A stretch of DNA of 64,000 nt from Amia ocellicauda (lineage: Eukaryota), in NCBI RefSeq assembly GCF_036373705.1, contig NC_089855.1:18149962-18213961 (forward strand), read 5' to 3'. Of the stretch, positions 63,780-64,000 are shown one piece after another. Position numbers and translations under genes: made by a program. The notes under the pieces are model-generated. The model was not told the DNA's origin, did no database searches, and saw only the letters and a list, made by a program, of their open reading frames with translations. Position 1 is the first letter of the stretch, and every line of letters starts with the position of its first letter.

Positions 63780-63931
63780 CAAAACCAGTGAGATTAAAAA
63801 GAAACCTCCTGTCACATTCTGCTGCTGAACTCAACTACGGACTCTCGCGCTTTGTCAGTGAGGTTCGAAGGCCAAACGGGGAGAGCTATGCACCTGATAG
63901 CGTCTTTTATCTCTGCCTTGGCATCCAGCAG
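63780..63931 (+). CDS. ZMYM2: ZMYM2 exon. It encodes (T)KPVRLKRNLLSHSAAELNYGLSRFVSEVRRPNGESYAPDSVFYLCLGIQQ. The gene continues beyond the window.
   Basis: The acceptor is ttattgcag|ca. The donor is cag cag|gttagt. It is near-identical to human LLSHTTAELNYGLAHFVNEIRRPNGENYAPDSIYYLCLGIQE. Confidence 0.85.
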
Positions 63932-64000
63932 GTTAGTAAGTCAAGAGTAAGCTTTACTTAAACATCTTGAGCACACTTGAACATTTTGCTACTTAGCCAA

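Noticed and set aside
1-64000. Prokaryote-style content: CRISPR arrays, operons, defence systems, Shine-Dalgarno-led ORFs.
   Set aside because: The sequence is clearly eukaryotic. It has spliced genes, vertebrate orthologues, Tc1 transposons and microsatellites. There are no direct-repeat/spacer arrays and no compact same-strand ORF clusters.

Overview
This window is vertebrate nuclear DNA and looks like ray-finned fish: spliced multi-exon genes with GT-AG introns, compound (TG)n(TA)n(CA)n microsatellites and many Tc1/mariner transposon copies. It is not prokaryotic, so there are no operons, CRISPR arrays or defence islands. Two conserved genes lie head-to-head. PSPC1 (paraspeckle component 1, DBHS/NONO family) is on the minus strand; I reconstructed nine coding exons from 40049 down to the stop at 21108, all with GT-AG boundaries and consistent phase. 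ZMYM2 (MYM-type zinc-finger protein) is on the plus strand from the ATG at 47660 to the window end at 63931; I reconstructed 18 coding exons, truncated 3' by the window. The two start codons are about 7.6 kb apart, in a CpG-rich region with two perfect NRF1 palindromes (GCGCATGCGC) near a candidate non-coding first exon of ZMYM2. This matches human 13q12.11, where PSPC1 (-) and ZMYM2 (+) are neighbours. The rest is intron or intergenic DNA with at least seven Tc1-family insertions. Two tandem degraded copies at 1118-4403 are flanked by microsatellites, and one of them contains a nested MITE with 13-bp TIRs. The others are a Tc1 N-terminal fragment at about 8000, a Sleeping-Beauty-like copy at 12030-13440, and three elements inside ZMYM2 introns: two copies of one internally deleted derivative plus a near-intact transposase gene with a single frameshift. 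I found no convincing undescribed 'system'. The most interesting signals are transposon family dynamics and gene-structure details. Coordinates are hand-counted and may be off by 1-2 nt.
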